Shown: positions 59,859 through 64,000 of the stretch, one piece after another | How the letters are laid out: each line of letters opens with the position of its first letter | Position numbering within the stretch: position 1 is the stretch's first letter | Position numbers and translations under genes: made by a program | Source: a bacterium | Lineage (GTDB): Bacteria; Zhuqueibacterota; Zhuqueibacteria; Residuimicrobiales; Krinioviventaceae | DNA: 64,000 nucleotides | Reading direction: 5' to 3' | NCBI GenBank assembly: GCA_963675755.2 | Contig: CAXXMD010000002.1 | Span: 1,600,001 to 1,664,000, forward strand | Notes under the pieces: generated by a model | What the model saw: only the letters and a program-made list of their open reading frames with translations | Databases searched by the model: none | Told to the model about the DNA's origin: nothing

Positions 59859-60728
59859 TTATAACCCCTTTTCAGGGAGTTTTTCTAAAGCATGGGCAAC
59901 TTTTTCAAGCTGCCAAATTGGTGTTGAGGCGCTGCCTGTTACACCAATTGTATCCGAATTGTTAAACCAGCTTGTATCCAGATCCTCGGGACCTTCAATG
60001 CGATAGCTGTTCGGATTATTTCTTTTTATCAAATCAAATAAAATGCCGGTATTTGAACTTTGTTTTCCACCGACCATTAAACATACATCAACAGATTTTG
60101 CAAACGCTTGCAAATGTTCATTTTTACGTTTGATATGTTTGCATGTTGTATCTTTGACCTTGACCATTTTTACTAACAATTCCAAACGGCCTTGAATTTC
60201 CAAAAACTTTTCAGGATCAAAGGTTGTCTGAGATACCAACAGGGTCTTTTTATCGGGATCGACTTTATCAAGATCATCAATGTTCTTGACAACAATACCC
60301 TGATCATCGCAATATCCCATAATTCCTTTAACTTCAGCATGACCGTCTTTGCCGGTAATCACAATTTGATAATTGCTTTTGTAATGTTCTTGAACCACAC
60401 GATGAACACGTTTAACAATTCCGCAGGTTCCATCAATCAGATCAACTTTGGCATCTCGCAGCAAGTTTTCGACTCGAGGTGAAACACCGTGACTCCGAAT
60501 AAAAACCGTATTATTGAAAAAAGATTCGGGTATATTGCCGGCTTCTACAGTCTCCTGGGCTTCAACAGTCAAACCTTTTTCACTCAACCGGATCAGTTCA
60601 AGGTCATTGTGAATGACAGGTCCCAGAGAAATTAAAGCTGTATTACGTTCAAGCGTTTCTTCTATCGTTTTCAATGCCCGTGTAACTCCGGGACAAGGTC
60701 CGGCATGATTGTCAATGATCACATTCAA
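59859..60728 (-). CDS. ispH: 4-hydroxy-3-methylbut-2-enyl diphosphate reductase
   Basis: Three cluster cysteines (GPCPGV, DGTC, DTTC), IHN, RSHG, GHAEV, SQTT, SSN, GSASTP. Confidence 0.9.
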   Translation of the reverse strand: MNVIIDNHAGPCPGVTRALKTIEETLERNTALISLGPVIHNDLELIRLSEKGLTVEAQETVEAGNIPESFFNNTVFIRSHGVSPRVENLLRDAKVDLIDGTCGIVKRVHRVVQEHYKSNYQIVITGKDGHAEVKGIMGYCDDQGIVVKNIDDLDKVDPDKKTLLVSQTTFDPEKFLEIQGRLELLVKMVKVKDTTCKHIKRKNEHLQAFAKSVDVCLMVGGKQSSNTGILFDLIKRNNPNSYRIEGPEDLDTSWFNNSDTIGVTGSASTPIWQLEKVAHALEKLPEKGL

Positions 60729-61405
60729 GCAGCAGCACCCAGTAAATGGGCTTGCTGTACTACAAAATCTACCTGTTCTTCTATGGTCATGGATGATGTA
60801 TCAAGCTCAATAGCATCATCCGCTTTTGTTAGCGGATTGGCTTCGCGTTGGGTATCCTGTTCATCACGTTTGCGGATATCGTCCTGAATCTCCTGCATAT
60901 CCACCTGCATACCCTTTTTCTGATACTCTTCATAACGGCGCCTGGCCCTTTCTTCAAGACCGGCTACCATAAAAATTTTCAAATCCGCTTGCGGAAATAC
61001 CTTGGTGCCAATATCGCGACCTTCAGCAACAATGCCGCCTTTTAGTGCCCATTGACGCTGCTTTTCGATCAGAATCTCTCTGACCTTTGGATTGGCAGCG
61101 ACGGGTGCGACCGCATTGGTTACTTGCGGAGTACGTATTGCCGCAGTTACATTTTCTTTGCCTAAAAAGACATTCAGTTCATCCTGAATCCATTCAAAGC
61201 CAATTTCAGTATGTCTGGCTATTTCTGCGACTTTATCTGCGTCATGTATATCTAATCCCTGATTCAATGCGTTCAGGGTAACTGTTCTGTACATTGCACC
61301 GGAATCCAAATGGATATAATTTAACCGGCGCGCTACTTCTTTTGCTGTTGTGCTTTTGCCTGACCCTGCCGGGCCGTCTATGGCAATGATCAGATCATTT
61401 TTCAA
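60725..61405 (-). CDS. cmk: Cytidylate kinase
   Basis: IAIDGPAGSGKST, DSGAMYR, EGRDIGT. Confidence 0.96.
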   Translation of the reverse strand: MKNDLIIAIDGPAGSGKSTTAKEVARRLNYIHLDSGAMYRTVTLNALNQGLDIHDADKVAEIARHTEIGFEWIQDELNVFLGKENVTAAIRTPQVTNAVAPVAANPKVREILIEKQRQWALKGGIVAEGRDIGTKVFPQADLKIFMVAGLEERARRRYEEYQKKGMQVDMQEIQDDIRKRDEQDTQREANPLTKADDAIELDTSSMTIEEQVDFVVQQAHLLGAAA

Positions 61406-62139
61406 CGAGTTTTTCCAGTTTTATTTCGTCTCATCAGACCAGCGGCCATTTTCAACTGTCGTACTTCATTTGAATTTAAAAAACGCCATTTGCCGCGGTC
61501 CAGATTTTCAAGCGTTAACGGTCCATATTGCACACGTTTCAGGGTAACAACATCATATCCCAAAGCCAGGAACATGCGACGTACCTGATTTTTCCGGCCT
61601 TCTTTCATCCTGACTTCTACTCTGTCAAAAGTATTTGTATAAAAAGAAGCCCGACATGGGGAGGTCATGCCATCATCCAGCTCGATTCCGGATCTCAGGG
61701 CATCAAGTCCCTTGGGATCAAAATCTCTATCCAGTTTCACCCGATAAGTCTTGTTGACTTTGAATCCGGGGTGCATTAACCTGTGCGCAAGCTCGCCATC
61801 ATTGGTAAAGAGCAACAGACCTTCGCTTTTAATATCCAAGCGACCTATTGGAAATACCCTTTCCCGGATGTTAAACAATTCAAACACGGTCTTGCGGCCG
61901 CGTTCATCGCTTGCAGTTGTAACAAACCCTTTGGGTTTGTGCATCATTATATATACTTTTTTCGTAACAGGTTTTACGGATTTACCGTCTACCGTTACCT
62001 TGTCTTGTTCACCAACTTGAATGCCAAGCTCAGAAACAACATTACCATTTATTTTAACACGGCCTTCCTGAACTAATGTTTCGGAAGCACGCCGTGAGGC
62101 TACTCCGCAACTGGCAAGATATTTATTTAGACGCATCAT
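61402..62139 (-). CDS. rluB: RsuA/RluB-family rRNA pseudouridine synthase
   Basis: S4 domain RLNKYLA..SRR; GRLD catalytic motif; EGRKNQVRRM. Confidence 0.88.
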   Translation of the reverse strand: MMRLNKYLASCGVASRRASETLVQEGRVKINGNVVSELGIQVGEQDKVTVDGKSVKPVTKKVYIMMHKPKGFVTTASDERGRKTVFELFNIRERVFPIGRLDIKSEGLLLFTNDGELAHRLMHPGFKVNKTYRVKLDRDFDPKGLDALRSGIELDDGMTSPCRASFYTNTFDRVEVRMKEGRKNQVRRMFLALGYDVVTLKRVQYGPLTLENLDRGKWRFLNSNEVRQLKMAAGLMRRNKTGKTR

Positions 62140-62944
62140 CAGATTCTACAGACTGCTCCACGGTATCTTTATTATCGGTTGTTTCAGAACCATTGGCGTC
62201 TTTACCATTATCTGAACCTTCATTTTGCTCCTGTTCGGGAGCAGAAGCAGAATCATCAGCTGGTTTTTCAGTATTTTCTGCAGTTGCATCAGTGGCTGAT
62301 TCCGGAGATTCGTCCTTGTTCGGCTCTTTTCCGTCTTTACCATTTTCAGCATTTTCTTCCTGCGCCTCTTCTTCAAAAACTTCTTCGGGCAGGTCATTGA
62401 GCAGTTTACCACCTTCACCTTCAGCCAGCAATTCTTCAATCTCTTTGGGACGTGGCAGATCAGCAATATCATTCAAATTAAAATATTGCAAAAACTCTTT
62501 GGTTGTTGAAAACAACAACGCACGGCCCTGTTCCTTGTCTCGGCCAGTGATGGTAATTAACTGACGTTCCAGCAAATTTTTAATAACACCATCAGAGTTA
62601 ACACCACGAATAGCAGATACTTCGATACGGCTTATGGGCTGTTTAAACGCAATAATAGACAATGTTTCAAGCGATGCCCGGCTTAGACGGTTCCGTGCTT
62701 TGCTTTCATGCATGTGACTGATCCACTTGGAGAACTCGGGCTTGGTGGCAAACTGATAACCGCCACCCACTTTATTTAAAAAGAAAGCGCGATCATCAAG
62801 ATCCTCTTCAAGTAAAGCTATTGCCTTTTCAATTTCTTCCTTGTCTGCTTCTTGTACAATAGTTGAAATCTGTCGCACAGACAATGGAGAATCCGAAGCA
62901 AAGATCAGTGACTCTACAATATATACGAGTTGTTTAATATCCAT
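62123..62944 (-). CDS. scpB: SMC-Scp complex subunit ScpB
   Basis: VESLIFAS, LSRASLETLSIIAFKQPISR..IRGVNSD; long acidic tail. Confidence 0.95.
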   Translation of the reverse strand: MDIKQLVYIVESLIFASDSPLSVRQISTIVQEADKEEIEKAIALLEEDLDDRAFFLNKVGGGYQFATKPEFSKWISHMHESKARNRLSRASLETLSIIAFKQPISRIEVSAIRGVNSDGVIKNLLERQLITITGRDKEQGRALLFSTTKEFLQYFNLNDIADLPRPKEIEELLAEGEGGKLLNDLPEEVFEEEAQEENAENGKDGKEPNKDESPESATDATAENTEKPADDSASAPEQEQNEGSDNGKDANGSETTDNKDTVEQSVESDDASK

Positions 62945-63659
62945 TTATCAATTTCAGATTTATTTCACCAAAAGTTTCCGATTGAATTGCGTCTATAGTA
63001 TTTTTCTTGATCAAAACAAGAATCGCCATAAAAGTAACGATCAATACCAGCTTGTCATCAGTAGGATCAAACAGATCAGAGAACTGTGATTCGCCATGTG
63101 TTTCTAAAAACGTGGTCACAAAATCAATTTTTTCATCGAGGCTTACATTAATCTCAACAACCCGATGTATTGCAACCTTTTTATTCTTTTCAATAATAGT
63201 TTTAAATGCGGATACCAGGTCAAACAAAGAAACATCGGGATGTTCAACCAGCTCATCCTGAAAACCATCAGATTCAATTTTAAAGCTGCCACGAGAAAAC
63301 AGCTTTCTGGCATATTCTTCTTTATCCGCCAGATCAACTGCAACATCCTTGAAGCGCTTGTACTCGAGCAACCGGTATACCAGCTCCTGCCGCGGATCGT
63401 CAACAATCTCTTCTTCCAGTTCAATGGAAGGTTTGGGCAGCAGCATTTGTGCTTTAATCTGGATTAATGTAGAGGCTAACAGCACGAAATCACTGGCTGC
63501 TTCCAGATCAAGCATTTGTATAATTTCAAGATATTCCAAATATTGATGTGTAATGATAGATATTGGAATATCATATATATCGAGCTCGTTTTTTTTTATC
63601 AGAAACAGTAAAAGGTCTAAAGGTCCTTCAAATGTATCTAATTTCACTTTATAAGACAT
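62934..63659 (-). CDS. scpA: Segregation and condensation protein A
   Basis: FEGPLDLLLFLI, IKAQMLLP, DPRQELVYRLLEY. Confidence 0.95.
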   Translation of the reverse strand: MSYKVKLDTFEGPLDLLLFLIKKNELDIYDIPISIITHQYLEYLEIIQMLDLEAASDFVLLASTLIQIKAQMLLPKPSIELEEEIVDDPRQELVYRLLEYKRFKDVAVDLADKEEYARKLFSRGSFKIESDGFQDELVEHPDVSLFDLVSAFKTIIEKNKKVAIHRVVEINVSLDEKIDFVTTFLETHGESQFSDLFDPTDDKLVLIVTFMAILVLIKKNTIDAIQSETFGEINLKLINGY

Positions 63660-63688
63660 AGAGTGCCAAATCAATTAACTAAACACAA

Positions 63689-63712
63689 CAAAGGCCGTAA
63701 ACATACGGCCAA
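63689..63712. terminator. Small hairpin between the HNH gene and scpA
   Basis: GGCCGTAAACATACGGCC flanked by A tracts. Confidence 0.5.
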
Positions 63713-63735
63713 AAACTCTAATAAAAGCATATCTG

Positions 63736-64000
63736 TTAATTCATAAACAGATACGGCTTCCAGCACTCTTCCTGTATTCCTATAAAGTGCTGAATGAAAA
63801 ACAAATAACTCGGTCGCTTTGGTTTTTTGAGCAAAGCCATATTGGCATGAGCAAGTGGCTTACTGCCTTTTTTATTGTTACATTGCAAGCAGGCACAAAC
63901 CAGGTTTTCCCAGGAATCCATTCCACCGCTAACTTTGGGAACAATATGGTCAAGAGTAAAGGGCCCCTTTTTCGATGCGCAATATTGACACTGAAATCCA
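63736..64000 (-). CDS. HNH endonuclease (3' part; start lies outside the window)
   Basis: CQYC...TLDHIVPKVSGGMDSWENLVCACLQCNNKKG. Confidence 0.9.
   Translation of the reverse strand, partial: GFQCQYCASKKGPFTLDHIVPKVSGGMDSWENLVCACLQCNNKKGSKPLAHANMALLKKPKRPSYLFFIQHFIGIQEECWKPYLFMN

Noticed and set aside
62076-62564. Ser-rich 162-aa plus-strand ORF
   Set aside because: Antisense to the low-complexity acidic tail of scpB.
63736-64000. HNH gene as a mobile or defence element
   Set aside because: Stand-alone McrA-like HNH gene in a housekeeping context; nothing visible indicates mobility.

Overview
AT-rich bacterial chromosome segment, probably FCB superphylum (KSB1/Calditrichota-like). This is inferred from FlgD-Ig C-terminal 'YPNPFNP...' sorting domains, Fibrobacter-type FISUMP domains and the lapA/lapB-rpsA context. 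Left to right: a partial TonB-dependent receptor plus YfiR-family gene; YigZ and a CNNM/hemolysin gene; a ~14.6 kb operon with a candidate sigma54 promoter, encoding one small FN3-FN3-CTD protein and four tandem large secreted paralogs (Ig-like + FGE-type C-lectin fold + Big_2 + 2-3 FISUMP domains); glycan-use genes (two GH29, sulfatase, GH32); a membrane AraC regulator, aminotransferase and GcvR-like ACT protein; a PEGA protein plus two FGE-domain lipoproteins; a triple beta-propeller CTD protein; a membrane pyrophosphatase; a CE7 esterase; a repeat-rich island (four beta-barrel genes, one frameshifted, three immunity-like/orphan genes, nested small palindromic repeats); and housekeeping genes (APC permease, uxaC, M1 peptidase, lapB/lapA, rpsA, ispH, cmk, RluB-like synthase, scpB, scpA, partial HNH). 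The most interesting signals are two loci that each look like an undescribed beta-strand-complementation surface-display system for lectin-fold domains (hypotheses). There is also a DGR-like codon footprint in FISUMP domains and fossil copies of the CTD gene's 3' end between the paralogs. No rRNA, tRNA, CRISPR array, transposase, integrase or reverse transcriptase was recognised.
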